Assembly: GCA_963779615.1 (NCBI GenBank)
Contig: CAVZZA010000005.1
Coordinates: 448,001-512,000 of the forward strand
Source: an uncultured Nitrososphaeraceae archaeon
Lineage (GTDB): Archaea; Thermoproteota; Nitrososphaeria; Nitrososphaerales; Nitrososphaeraceae
Reading direction: 5' to 3'
DNA: 64,000 nucleotides
The notes under the pieces were generated by a model. That model was given only the letters and a program-made list of their open reading frames with translations, was not told where the DNA came from and did not search any database. Positions 1-9,507 of the stretch are shown here, in pieces. The position numbers and the translations under genes were made by a program. Positions within the stretch are counted from its first letter, which is position 1, and each line of letters begins with the position of its first letter.

Positions 1-1212
1 CCAGTCAAAGGAGTTGTTGCCTTTTCGCCGGATCACCAAACAAGAGTTTCATTTGATGGGGAGGGGTTTATTTTGAATAGAAAGCTCTTGCCCCAAAAGC
101 AGCTAAAAGAAGCCGCCAATTTAGGGGTAGAACTAATCAACAACACAGTAATTAGAAAACTGCTCACAGATAACAATTATGTGGTAGGCATAGAAGGAGA
201 AAATACCAAAACAAAGGAGGTCATCAAAAAAACTGCCAAAGTGGTAGTTGATTGCACAGGCGTTACATCTGTTTTGAGGACTAATCTTCCAATAAAATCC
301 TTCATTCAAAGAAGAATAGACAGAAATGACCTTGAATCCACCGGCAGGTACATCTATGATTTCAACTCCGAGGAGGGTCAAGAAGACAAAACATTTTTCG
401 ATCCGGATTATTGCATAATACACCTGGACCAAAAGTTGGCCCCAGGTGGATATGCATGGGTATTCCCCAAAGGCAAAAACAAAGTAAACATTGGATTGGG
501 TGTTCAACAAAAGCTTTTTGAAAAAGAAAACAAAGAATCCGGAAATAAAAGAGACCTCAAAAAATTGATTGATGATTATGTGGGCATAAACCCGGCAATT
601 AAAAACCCCAAACTGTCAAAAGAGGAAGAGGACACTGGTAACGAGTGGGGCACATGGCAGGTCTCTGTAAGAAGACAAAACGACTGCCTGGTTGCGAACG
701 GGTATGTATTGGTCGGCGATTCAGCCTGGATGCCAAAACCATTGGATGCAGGAGGCATCGGTCCCGCCATTATTGCCGCAACAATAGCAGGTAAAGACGT
801 GGTAGAAGCAATTGAGGGCAATGACGTATCGGAGGCAGGTTTGTGGAGATACAACAAGAATTTCATCAATGAATACGGGTACAAAACACCCGGATTGGAG
901 GTTTTTAGGAGAATGCTACAGCAATTAACCAATGAACAGATCAACTACGGCATGAAGCACTTTTTATCCAGAATGGATATTGAAAAAATAACCAATGGCG
1001 AACATCCGGTGTTTAGCACGGTGGATAAAATAAGCATGCTGATAAGAGGAACACTCAACAAAAAATTGGCAGAGGACCTAAAATACACAGCAAATATGAA
1101 TGAGACACTGGTAAACCACTATAGAGACTATCCGGAAAGCCCAGAAGGATTTGAAAAATGGTCAAACACACTAAATAAGCACCTTACAGAAGCATTTTCA
1201 AAGTTTGTTTAA
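1..1212 (+). CDS. Digeranylgeranylglycerophospholipid reductase / geranylgeranyl reductase family FAD oxidoreductase (5'-truncated by window edge)
   Basis: Frame 1 is open from base 1 (PVKGVVAFSPDHQ...FILNRK). Motifs VVVDCTG, APGGYAWVFPKG and LVGDSAWMPKPLDAGGIG are typical of GGR. Confidence 0.88.
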   Translation, partial: PVKGVVAFSPDHQTRVSFDGEGFILNRKLLPQKQLKEAANLGVELINNTVIRKLLTDNNYVVGIEGENTKTKEVIKKTAKVVVDCTGVTSVLRTNLPIKSFIQRRIDRNDLESTGRYIYDFNSEEGQEDKTFFDPDYCIIHLDQKLAPGGYAWVFPKGKNKVNIGLGVQQKLFEKENKESGNKRDLKKLIDDYVGINPAIKNPKLSKEEEDTGNEWGTWQVSVRRQNDCLVANGYVLVGDSAWMPKPLDAGGIGPAIIAATIAGKDVVEAIEGNDVSEAGLWRYNKNFINEYGYKTPGLEVFRRMLQQLTNEQINYGMKHFLSRMDIEKITNGEHPVFSTVDKISMLIRGTLNKKLAEDLKYTANMNETLVNHYRDYPESPEGFEKWSNTLNKHLTEAFSKFV

Positions 1213-1282
1213 TCAGGTTTTTTATTTTGCATCAAACAGCTTCAACAGGCATTAACAAAGCATAGTCATGCAGTTTAACAGG

Positions 1283-1924
1283 CTATCTGCTGGTTGTTTC
1301 CAAAATGCCTTTGAGCTGGCTTAAGAATGCGGTTCGCCGATATTCTTCAGTCATTGTGACCCGAACATCCTCAATGATTCTTTTAGAGACATCCAATTTT
1401 TTTCTTACCCCAGGAACAATGTTATCATAAATGGAAAAAGGGTAAATCAGGCTGTAAATCGATTGCATGATTTCAAACAACGACAATGAAAAATCAAAGT
1501 TGTTTTTTCTAAGGTGGTCATAAATCATTCTTTTTATTTCCCCAACGCAATCCAGCAACCCGGTAACATAAGCATTCAGGGATACATTCATGTCCTCATG
1601 GCTGCTTAGGGTGGGTTTTTTTGTCAGAATCTCTTTTAAAACAAGCGCTTCAACGTATTCCTGTTCAGCGGGCCACAAATACCGCTCTAAATCAAAAATA
1701 ACGTAGTTCTTGAGGTTTTTAATTAGCAAATATGATTTATCCAGCAGGATTTCAGCCTCCGGGGTTTTATTGCTGTGTAAAAGGATTATTGCTTTACTGC
1801 AAAGGGAAATGACTTCCCTGGTTTCTTTTATCAGTGTTTCCCTGCTTATTTCCAATTGCTTCATTTGGTTTGAGAAGGCATTTAGCGAATTTTCAACACC
1901 GTTAAAACTTACAGCGTTTGACAT
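1283..1924 (-). CDS. Translin/TRAX (archaeal C3PO-like) RNA-binding protein
   Basis: REtLIKETRE, QEYVEA and YVTGLLDCVGEIKR translin motifs; C-terminal RKKLDVSKRIIE. Confidence 0.85.
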   Translation of the reverse strand: MSNAVSFNGVENSLNAFSNQMKQLEISRETLIKETREVISLCSKAIILLHSNKTPEAEILLDKSYLLIKNLKNYVIFDLERYLWPAEQEYVEALVLKEILTKKPTLSSHEDMNVSLNAYVTGLLDCVGEIKRMIYDHLRKNNFDFSLSLFEIMQSIYSLIYPFSIYDNIVPGVRKKLDVSKRIIEDVRVTMTEEYRRTAFLSQLKGILETTSR

Positions 1925-2009
1925 GAATTCAATTATAAGTCATTGGAGATATAAACAGTAAGGAAAAACAGATTGCATCGCAAAAACAATAAAAAAAAAA
2001 TTTATTGGC

Positions 2010-2525
2010 ATGGCAAAATACAAAGGTTGTCGATTGGCAACCAACATACGTAGAAGCAGAGGATACAATTTTGAGCACAAATTAGTCAAAAAACTAAACA
2101 TTGGCGAATGGACTGCCAGGAGATTGGGAGGGTCAAGCACGGGACTGCCAGACATAGTTGCAGTCAACAATAAAGAGTCTGTGCTGTTATCAATCGAGGC
2201 TAAATCCGGAACCAGCAATAGCATCTATGTCCCAAATGACCAGATCGACAGGTGTTTTTTGATAACGGAAATGTTTGGGGTATACAACAATAGGCACATT
2301 ATACTTGCGTTTAAATTTATGAGGAAAAAAAGGCTAATTATTGGCGGAGAGGTAAGGTATCAGCCAAGGAAAATTAGGGAGTACTATAAAATAGTAAAAT
2401 TCAAACACAAACCAAGAAATTTTCCCATCATAAAGTGTAACTATAATGGCGACACATATGCGATATACAGGACTAAAATTAAAAAAGTAAGGTTAAAGGA
2501 TTTCAAAATGCCCTTCAAATGCTAA
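2010..2525 (+). CDS. Hjc-like PD-(D/E)xK Holliday junction resolvase family nuclease
   Basis: RGYNFEH..., GLPDIVA and IEAKS catalytic motifs; very basic protein. Confidence 0.8.
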   Translation: MAKYKGCRLATNIRRSRGYNFEHKLVKKLNIGEWTARRLGGSSTGLPDIVAVNNKESVLLSIEAKSGTSNSIYVPNDQIDRCFLITEMFGVYNNRHIILAFKFMRKKRLIIGGEVRYQPRKIREYYKIVKFKHKPRNFPIIKCNYNGDTYAIYRTKIKKVRLKDFKMPFKC

Positions 2526-2585
2526 AAAGCTCTAAGGGGAGCAGCAAAGTTAGTTATAAAGGAAATCCTTGGGTAATTATAGATA

Positions 2586-2831
2586 ATGGCAAAAATCCTA
2601 TGGAGAGAGGGGTGGATAAAGCCCCTTCTTTCAGAATCCTTACCATCTGAAAGATGCAGTATTTGTAACAAGGAATTTGAAGATCTAGATTTCGCCACAT
2701 CATGCGAATTCTGTGAGATTGGGATTGTTCATGAAACATGCGCCAACAAACACATTACAATAGAGCACATTCAAGAGCTGGAAGAAAAAATAAACAAGCA
2801 TAAAGAAAAAAAACTCCATTCGTTCCAATGA
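2586..2831 (+). CDS. Small zinc-finger protein (CxxC-x12-CxxC-x5-HxxC..HxxxxH)
   Basis: ATG start about 25 nt after a TTATAAA box (2553-2559); ordered Cys/His pattern. Confidence 0.7.
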   Translation: MAKILWREGWIKPLLSESLPSERCSICNKEFEDLDFATSCEFCEIGIVHETCANKHITIEHIQELEEKINKHKEKKLHSFQ

Positions 2832-2889
2832 ATGAGTGCTTTTTGTTTTATCCGGCAATGGTTAATTAATATTACATAAAGTTAAAAAA

Positions 2890-3648
2890 ATGACACTTCA
2901 TATGGATAAAAATAAATATGAATTTGAAAATGGATTTGAGCCAATAACATCTCAGCAAATGTATAGAATCGAAAACAATGGAGAAGAAATACTGGGAATG
3001 AGAAAAATACTGATGATGGAAAACGCAGGTTCAAGGGTATCAGACTTTTTACTGAACCATTTTAAAGAGGATCTAGGTAAAAAAAAAATAGTGTCTATAT
3101 GCGGTATTGGAAATAACGGCGGAGATGCAATAGTTGCCAACCGCCATCTTTCAGGATACCTAGCCTCAAAGTCTTCTGCAACTAACAATGACAACAACCT
3201 CGTTTTGGCATTGTCAGGAAAACCGAGCCTGATAAAAACCGAGGAATCAAGGACAAACTGGAACATAGTTAAAAGGATAAATTCAATCAAAAAAATATTT
3301 TTTGATACTGAAAACGGCATAAAAGACCTCGAAGACGAAATAGAAGGTTCTGACATTATAATTGACGGGCTATTCGGAACAGGCATCAAAGGGACAATAA
3401 AGGATCCCTATTCACGGGCAATAGACAAAATAAACCAACAAAAATCAAAATCATTTATCCTATCTGTAGACATTCCGTCAGGGCTAAACCCAGACGATGG
3501 GGAAATATATGACAAATGCGTTAAAGCCGACACCACAATAACATTTCACAGAATAAAACATGGGCTATTGAAAAACAGAGAATATAGCGGGAACATACTG
3601 CCTGTCAAAATAGGAATTCCAATAGAGGCTGAAATGGAAGTGGTTTAA
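2890..3648 (+). CDS. nnrE: NAD(P)H-hydrate epimerase (YjeF N-terminal domain)
   Basis: LMMENAG, CGIGNNGGD, IDGLFGTG and SVDIPSG motifs. Confidence 0.93.
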   Translation: MTLHMDKNKYEFENGFEPITSQQMYRIENNGEEILGMRKILMMENAGSRVSDFLLNHFKEDLGKKKIVSICGIGNNGGDAIVANRHLSGYLASKSSATNNDNNLVLALSGKPSLIKTEESRTNWNIVKRINSIKKIFFDTENGIKDLEDEIEGSDIIIDGLFGTGIKGTIKDPYSRAIDKINQQKSKSFILSVDIPSGLNPDDGEIYDKCVKADTTITFHRIKHGLLKNREYSGNILPVKIGIPIEAEMEVV

Positions 3649-3650
3649 GT

Positions 3651-4268
3651 TTGGTAAAGATTGAGCAGTTTTTAGTAGGGCAAATGGCAAATTTTACATA
3701 CATAATCGTTGATGAAAAAAACAAAAATTCAATCATAGTCGATCCATCGTGGAACCTTGAAGTGATTTTCGATTTCCTAAAGAAAAACAGGCTGAATAAC
3801 ACTTTCGTAATAAACACACACTCTCACTTTGACCATGTATATGGCAATGATCAAGTGGTTGAGATGACCGGCGCAAAAATAATACAACACAAAGCATCGC
3901 CCCTAAAAAAAGATATTGAAGTAAATGACGGGGAGGTAATAAGATTTGGGGAGTCAAACATCAAAACAATTCACACTCCGGGCCATTCTGGCGATAGCAT
4001 TTGTTTGGTTATCGATAACAAAACAATTTTAACGGGAGATACGCTATTCGTGGGAAATTGCGGCAGATTGGACCTTCCAGGCAGCGATCCTAATGAGATG
4101 TACTATAGCATATACAATAAGCTAATCAACCTTGATGATAGTTTGGTTGTGTATCCCGGGCATCACTACGGAAATACAAAAACATCGACATTAGGTAACG
4201 AAAAGAAATCAAGTTTTGTGTTTAAATTCCATGATCGTGGTGAGTTTTTAAGGTTCATGAATGAATAG
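3651..4268 (+). CDS. MBL-fold metallo-hydrolase (glyoxalase II-like)
   Basis: THSHFDH, HTPGHS, TGDTLF and YPGHHY motifs; starts 2 nt after nnrE. Confidence 0.92.
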   Translation: MVKIEQFLVGQMANFTYIIVDEKNKNSIIVDPSWNLEVIFDFLKKNRLNNTFVINTHSHFDHVYGNDQVVEMTGAKIIQHKASPLKKDIEVNDGEVIRFGESNIKTIHTPGHSGDSICLVIDNKTILTGDTLFVGNCGRLDLPGSDPNEMYYSIYNKLINLDDSLVVYPGHHYGNTKTSTLGNEKKSSFVFKFHDRGEFLRFMNE

Positions 4269-4523
4269 GATCCAATAAAAAAAAATAATAGTAATAGCAA
4301 TACTGATAATAATACCGATAATAACATATTTACAGATCAAAACACATCTGCATTTATTTTGTAGCTTTACACCGCTAAAGCCTTTTCAGAACCGGAATAA
4401 GGAAAAACAAGAAAAAGTAAATTGCGCAATCAAATAAAAAAACCAGTATCAAACAAAGGCCGCAAAAGCCAATAATCAGGATATGCAAAGTTTTTCAATA
4501 CAAAAAACATATACAATAAAGAA

Positions 4524-5666
4524 ATGGAAAACCTGGTTGTAAGGACCATCAAATCCAAATATGGCAATAGCAATCCAAATCATTTTAAATCAAAAAAGTC
4601 ATCTTTTTTGTTTACAATAGCATATACCGAAACTGCTACAATACCAGGGCTAACAATTGCTGGCGCAAACACAGAATTAACAAAGTTCACGCCTGCCGCC
4701 GATGCAGAATACATTCATTTTGGAAGATGCAAATGTATAGATTCAATCCCCGCAACGCCTGATGGCAAACCAACGCCGGCAATAATAACAAAAACAGCAT
4801 TAGATATGGCCAACATCCCAATTACGGTGATAGACTCGGGATTGCCAATAAAACCTGAACTTCCGTATGTCAACATTAACTCAAAATTTGGTAAAAACAT
4901 TGCATTAGAAAAAGCACTAGAACCAAAAAATGTGACAGAAAATTACGAAATGGGCAAAATAATAGGCCAGCAGGTTTCAAAAAACAATGATTTGCTGATT
5001 ATCGGTGAAAGCATCCCTGGAGGAACAACCACTGCATTGGGTGTACTTTTGTCCCTTGGAATCGACGCGTATGACAAAGTTAGCAGCAGCATGCCACAAA
5101 ACCCCAACGAACTAAAGAACAAAATAGTAAAGAAGTCAATGCTAAAGTCGAATGTAAAGTTTGGCGATCACCGCGAGAACCCATTTAACGCCATGTCGGA
5201 TTTTGGTGATCCCATGATGCCAACAGTTGCAGGCATGGCAGCAGAGATCCTATCAAACAACAAGAAAGTGATGTTGGCCGGAGGAACTCAAATGTGTTGT
5301 ATTGTGGCAATATTAAAATCACTTGGTGTGAGATTCAATAGTAATTTATGCATAGGAACCACATCATATGTGATAGACGACAGTCAATCAGACCTGCCAG
5401 GACTTGTTGACCAAATTGCAGACGATGTTCCCATTTTTTATACAGACTTGGGACTTGAGAATTCGAAAAAGGCAGGTTTAAGGTCATATGCAGATGGATT
5501 TGTGAAGGAGGGAGCTGGAGCCGGCGGTGCGACAATAGCATCGTACTTAAGAAAAGAATCCCTTACTCAAAAAAGTTTTCTAAACAAGATAGAAGAAAAT
5601 TACTTTGATACAATAGAAGAGCAGATCGTATTGAAAAGCATGGAAGAAAAACAACAACAAAATTAA
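4524..5666 (+). CDS. cobT: Nicotinate-nucleotide dimethylbenzimidazole phosphoribosyltransferase, archaeal/cyanobacterial type
   Basis: TPAADAE, GESIPGGTTTA, GDPMM, LAGGTQM and GFVKEGAGAGG motifs. Confidence 0.9.
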   Translation: MENLVVRTIKSKYGNSNPNHFKSKKSSFLFTIAYTETATIPGLTIAGANTELTKFTPAADAEYIHFGRCKCIDSIPATPDGKPTPAIITKTALDMANIPITVIDSGLPIKPELPYVNINSKFGKNIALEKALEPKNVTENYEMGKIIGQQVSKNNDLLIIGESIPGGTTTALGVLLSLGIDAYDKVSSSMPQNPNELKNKIVKKSMLKSNVKFGDHRENPFNAMSDFGDPMMPTVAGMAAEILSNNKKVMLAGGTQMCCIVAILKSLGVRFNSNLCIGTTSYVIDDSQSDLPGLVDQIADDVPIFYTDLGLENSKKAGLRSYADGFVKEGAGAGGATIASYLRKESLTQKSFLNKIEENYFDTIEEQIVLKSMEEKQQQN

Positions 5667-6280
5667 GAAACAATTTTTTTGTTTACCTATCTATCTACCA
5701 AAGATAAAAGTAGCGGGCAACCTCGTAAGGTTTGTTACTGATCTTTGGTACTCACACACTCAAAAAAAGGCAACTGTTACCGGTTTTTTCACCCAGAATT
5801 TATTTGTCCTCTTTTTTTTGGCAGTAACAATTGGCTTATCTAACGCTTTATGGGCCCCTAAACAAAGAAAAGCTGCTTTGGGCGTTCTCCTGAATAAAAA
5901 CAGAGATATTTCCTTATCTCCTTTCCAAAAAAAACATCTCCCTCACCCAATGCTTAGAAATTTGATCTGCTTGTTATTGACTGAATATTGACGATGGCAG
6001 TAAACAGGTTTATGACACCTTTAAAAACAAACAGACAGACAGACAGAAGAATATATGAGTTGTTTCTGCTGCTTTCTGCGTTAGTCCTGATCACGCAAAA
6101 CATTTTATGCCTATGGGGTGTGGTGTGATGTGGAAATGCCCCACACTTTGTTTTTTAGGGCACATCGTTTTTTGTTGTAAATACCCCAAAACGCCTGCAT
6201 AGATCTCCAATTTTTTTTCTTCTCTGCTTTTTAAAACGAATCCTTTGATTTAAATACAAGAATTTTAGAAGTGAAAAAAC

Positions 6281-6481
6281 ATGGTTAAACCAGAGAAAAT
6301 AAGAGGTGGCATCCTAGTAGCTATAGCATTGGTAGGCTTTTCGGTCTATGCATACATTCTTTTTGCTACGGATTATGGAGTTTTGTTAATGAAACTGACA
6401 GCCATATCAATAATTGGAATAATACTTTTTATAGTGGGATGGATAGGCTTTACACTAACCATAGATGAAAAAGACAAATGA
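6281..6481 (+). CDS. Small two-TM conserved archaeal membrane protein
   Basis: Two hydrophobic helices with a WIGFTL C-terminal motif; TTTAAATA box about 25 nt upstream of the ATG. Confidence 0.7.
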   Translation: MVKPEKIRGGILVAIALVGFSVYAYILFATDYGVLLMKLTAISIIGIILFIVGWIGFTLTIDEKDK

Positions 6482-6489
6482 TGAAGAAA

Positions 6490-7338
6490 TTACCCACTTT
6501 TTAAAAAAATGTCAGTAACAGTTTGGTATATACGAGGACCAACAGCCCTTACTATCTGAGTATGCTTTATTTGATAGTCATAATTTGAGAACAAGGAATG
6601 GATATAGTTTTCAGAATCACCAATAACCTTTGACCTGGTATCGCTTTTTATGTGAGAAAAAAAATGCAAATAGCCTCCGAGTGGTTTTAAGCATTTCACC
6701 GACACATCTATAAACTCAAAGGCTTTTTCCGGCAAAGGCATGATAACTCGATCCATTTTATTTTCAAACAGTAAGGAGGACAACACACCTTTGGCATCCC
6801 CGTGGATGGAGACTATCCGATCCTGAAGTTTGTTTATTTTGGTGTTTATTTTGCTCAAAACATACGCATCAACATTTGAATCGATGTTGTATATCAACAC
6901 AGGAATTTTTTTTGCGATAATTACTGAAAAAGTCCCTACTCCTGCAAACATATTAACAATTGTCTCATTTTTAGACACAAGGTTGGATATTCGCAGTCGT
7001 TCGGTTGACAAACGCGGCGAAAAATAAGAACTGGCCACATTAACAAAAAATTTGCACCCATATTCTCTATACATAGTGACAAACTTGTTTTCTCCCGATA
7101 TCAACTCCAAGCCCCTCAGCCTATATTCCCCATCTACCGCAGTATTCTGCAAAAATATTGATCTCAAATTGGGAATGTTCTTTAGCAATGTATCACCAAT
7201 AAGTTTTTTTTTTGTCAAAAGAGAGTCGGGTATTTTAATAATGGCTATATCGCCAATGATGTCAAAGGAGGAAAACACATTGGAAAGCTCAGTCTCTAAA
7301 AGAGCACCTTGAAGCAACCTCTTTAATAACTTTGTCAT
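6490..7338 (-). CDS. Trm5/Taw2-family SAM-dependent tRNA methyltransferase
   Basis: FDIIGDIA, GEYRLR, YFSPRLSTER, NMFAGVGTF and DRVIMPLP motifs. Confidence 0.88.
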   Translation of the reverse strand: MTKLLKRLLQGALLETELSNVFSSFDIIGDIAIIKIPDSLLTKKKLIGDTLLKNIPNLRSIFLQNTAVDGEYRLRGLELISGENKFVTMYREYGCKFFVNVASSYFSPRLSTERLRISNLVSKNETIVNMFAGVGTFSVIIAKKIPVLIYNIDSNVDAYVLSKINTKINKLQDRIVSIHGDAKGVLSSLLFENKMDRVIMPLPEKAFEFIDVSVKCLKPLGGYLHFFSHIKSDTRSKVIGDSENYIHSLFSNYDYQIKHTQIVRAVGPRIYQTVTDIFLKSG

Positions 7339-7367
7339 GGATTTAATTGATATGGCGAGTATGGCAA

Positions 7368-9176
7368 CTACTTTTTAATGTAGTAGTAATTTCCATCCTT
7401 TTTTTGCATCCTATCAAGCCGGCTTTCTCCCTTGTTTACCCTCGGCCGGCCAGTGGTTTCATCTCGCCTAAAGGAAATATTCAACGATTTTAGGAATTCA
7501 TTCATTCCCACCTCCTTGGTCATTGGGGAAGAGCCCACCCCCTCAACGCCAGGAATTCCTTCGAAAATTATCATTGTGTCAGACACAAGATCGATAAGTT
7601 GAATGTCGTGATCAATAATAAGCGCAGACTTGCCTTTGCCCTTTATGAATCGCTGGACAAACTTGGCTAAAGAGATCCTATCTTCAATATCCAAAAAAGC
7701 AGACGGCTCATCAAGCGCATAGATATCGGCATCTCTCAATAATGATAAGGATACGGCAACTTTTTGCAGCTCACCTCCACTGAGGCTTTTGATGGATTTA
7801 TCATAAAGTTTTTTCAAACCCAATGGATTCAATATCTGTTCTTCTATTAAAGAACCCTCAAATTGAGCGCCATTATTGGCAGAGTAAATTAAGGAGCGTA
7901 CATCCCCATCTATATCCTGATTCAGGTATTGCGGTTTATAGGAAATTCTTACTTCTGAATCCAGTTGGCCATCATCAAATTTCTCTAAACCAGACAGCAT
8001 TTTCATGAAGGTTGTTTTTCCCAAAGCATTAGCACCAACTATACCGACGACCTCGCCTTGATGGATTCTCCCGCTGTTCACCTTGAGATTAAAGGGTCCC
8101 AAAGCCTTTCTGATTGAAGTATAGTTTACAGTGGACGTGTTTGAGATTGTGTTTTCATTAACGCTGGATATGTCGAATTTATAAGCTCTCTCCCTGAATC
8201 GAACGTTCTCTGTTGGAATAAAACCTTCTAAAAAGTTATTAATGCCAACCTTTGTGCTCTGCAATGAAGAAACTATACCGTAAGCTCCAGGCTCTCCGTA
8301 AAGTATAAAAATATTATCGGAAAGATAATCCAACAATGACATATCATGCTCAACAATCATTACGCTTTTGTCATCTTTAGCCAAGTTGTTGATTACCTTG
8401 CTTACAGCAAGCCTTTGGTAAATATCGTTATAGGAAGAAGGTTCATCAAAGAAATAATAATCTGCCTCTTTAGACGAAGCAACAGCAACAGCAACTCTTT
8501 GAAGTTCGCCACCACTTAAGGTAGAGACATCCTTGGTTAATGAATTCCTTAAGCCCAATTCATCTATTAATGAGTCTCTCGTATTTCGCTCATCATATTT
8601 TTTTAACAACTCCATTACGGTCCCTTTAAAAATTTTAGGTATCAAATAAACCAGTTGGGGTTTTATCGATGTTTTCAAGGACTTTGTAGAAATTTTTTCA
8701 AAGTGCTTTCTAAGCTCAACATTTGAAAGTTTATCGATGACGTCCCCCCATTCCAGATTCTTTTCAAAGTTTCCAAAGTTAGGCTTTATGTTTCCGGAGA
8801 GTAAATTAATAATTGTTGATTTACCCATGCCATTTCTGCCTACCAATCCAGTCACTGTTCCCTCTTTTGGAATAGGTAATTTGTAAAGTCTAAAACTATT
8901 TATATCATATTGGTGGATTTTGTCCACTCCCACCTCATTGGCAAGATTGACTATAACAATGGCATCAAATGGGCATTTTTTTACACAAATTGTACATCCA
9001 GTACAGAGGTCTTCAAATATAACAGCTTTTCCGTCATCAGGTCTTTGGACAATACACTCACCACCAGTCTTATTTACTGGGCAATAGATAATGCACTCCT
9101 GACCACATTTTCTGGGCTGACATAACTCTTGGTCTAGAACTGCCACTCTATGAGCGAAATTTACATGTTTATCCAA
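7368..9176 (-). CDS. rli1: Ribosome recycling ATPase ABCE1/RLI
   Basis: N-terminal Fe-S Cys motifs (CQPRKC..C..CP; CTGCTICVKKCP) and two ABC domains (GRNGMGKS, GANALGKT, LSGGELQ twice). Confidence 0.97.
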   Translation of the reverse strand: MDKHVNFAHRVAVLDQELCQPRKCGQECIIYCPVNKTGGECIVQRPDDGKAVIFEDLCTGCTICVKKCPFDAIVIVNLANEVGVDKIHQYDINSFRLYKLPIPKEGTVTGLVGRNGMGKSTIINLLSGNIKPNFGNFEKNLEWGDVIDKLSNVELRKHFEKISTKSLKTSIKPQLVYLIPKIFKGTVMELLKKYDERNTRDSLIDELGLRNSLTKDVSTLSGGELQRVAVAVASSKEADYYFFDEPSSYNDIYQRLAVSKVINNLAKDDKSVMIVEHDMSLLDYLSDNIFILYGEPGAYGIVSSLQSTKVGINNFLEGFIPTENVRFRERAYKFDISSVNENTISNTSTVNYTSIRKALGPFNLKVNSGRIHQGEVVGIVGANALGKTTFMKMLSGLEKFDDGQLDSEVRISYKPQYLNQDIDGDVRSLIYSANNGAQFEGSLIEEQILNPLGLKKLYDKSIKSLSGGELQKVAVSLSLLRDADIYALDEPSAFLDIEDRISLAKFVQRFIKGKGKSALIIDHDIQLIDLVSDTMIIFEGIPGVEGVGSSPMTKEVGMNEFLKSLNISFRRDETTGRPRVNKGESRLDRMQKKDGNYYYIKK

Positions 9177-9260
9177 TTTAATATAATATAATTACCCACA
9201 GAGCCTATTTAAATCCTGAACAAAATTAAAAAAACAAGGGAGAACAATCATTCATAGTAA

Positions 9261-9270
9261 ATATTAAATA
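9261..9270 (+). promoter_or_regulatory. TATA-like box of the 5S rRNA gene
   Basis: ATATTAAATA about 25 nt upstream of the 5S start. Confidence 0.5.
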
Positions 9271-9291
9271 TCCCAATTAAGATATAACAAG

Positions 9292-9408
9292 TAGCCGGCC
9301 ATAGCGTGAGGGACCGACCCGGACCCATTCCGAACCCGGAAGTCAAACCTTATGTCGCTGCTGAATACTAACGTGCGTGAGCCGTTGGGAAGCAGCAGTG
9401 CTGGCGCC
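9292..9408 (+). rRNA. rrf: 5S ribosomal RNA (stand-alone, not linked to 16S/23S here)
   Basis: GC-rich segment GCCGGCCATAGC...CCCATTCCGAACCCGGAAGTCAAACC...GTGCTGGC, with the 5S CCGAAC loop and complementary termini. Ends are approximate. Confidence 0.93.
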
Positions 9409-9507
9409 TTTTATAGCATTTAACAACCCTTTTAGCACTAGCAGATAAATGAACAAAAGAGGCATAAACTGAAAAGATAAACAAATAATCAAAATAACAT
9501 TTTGATT

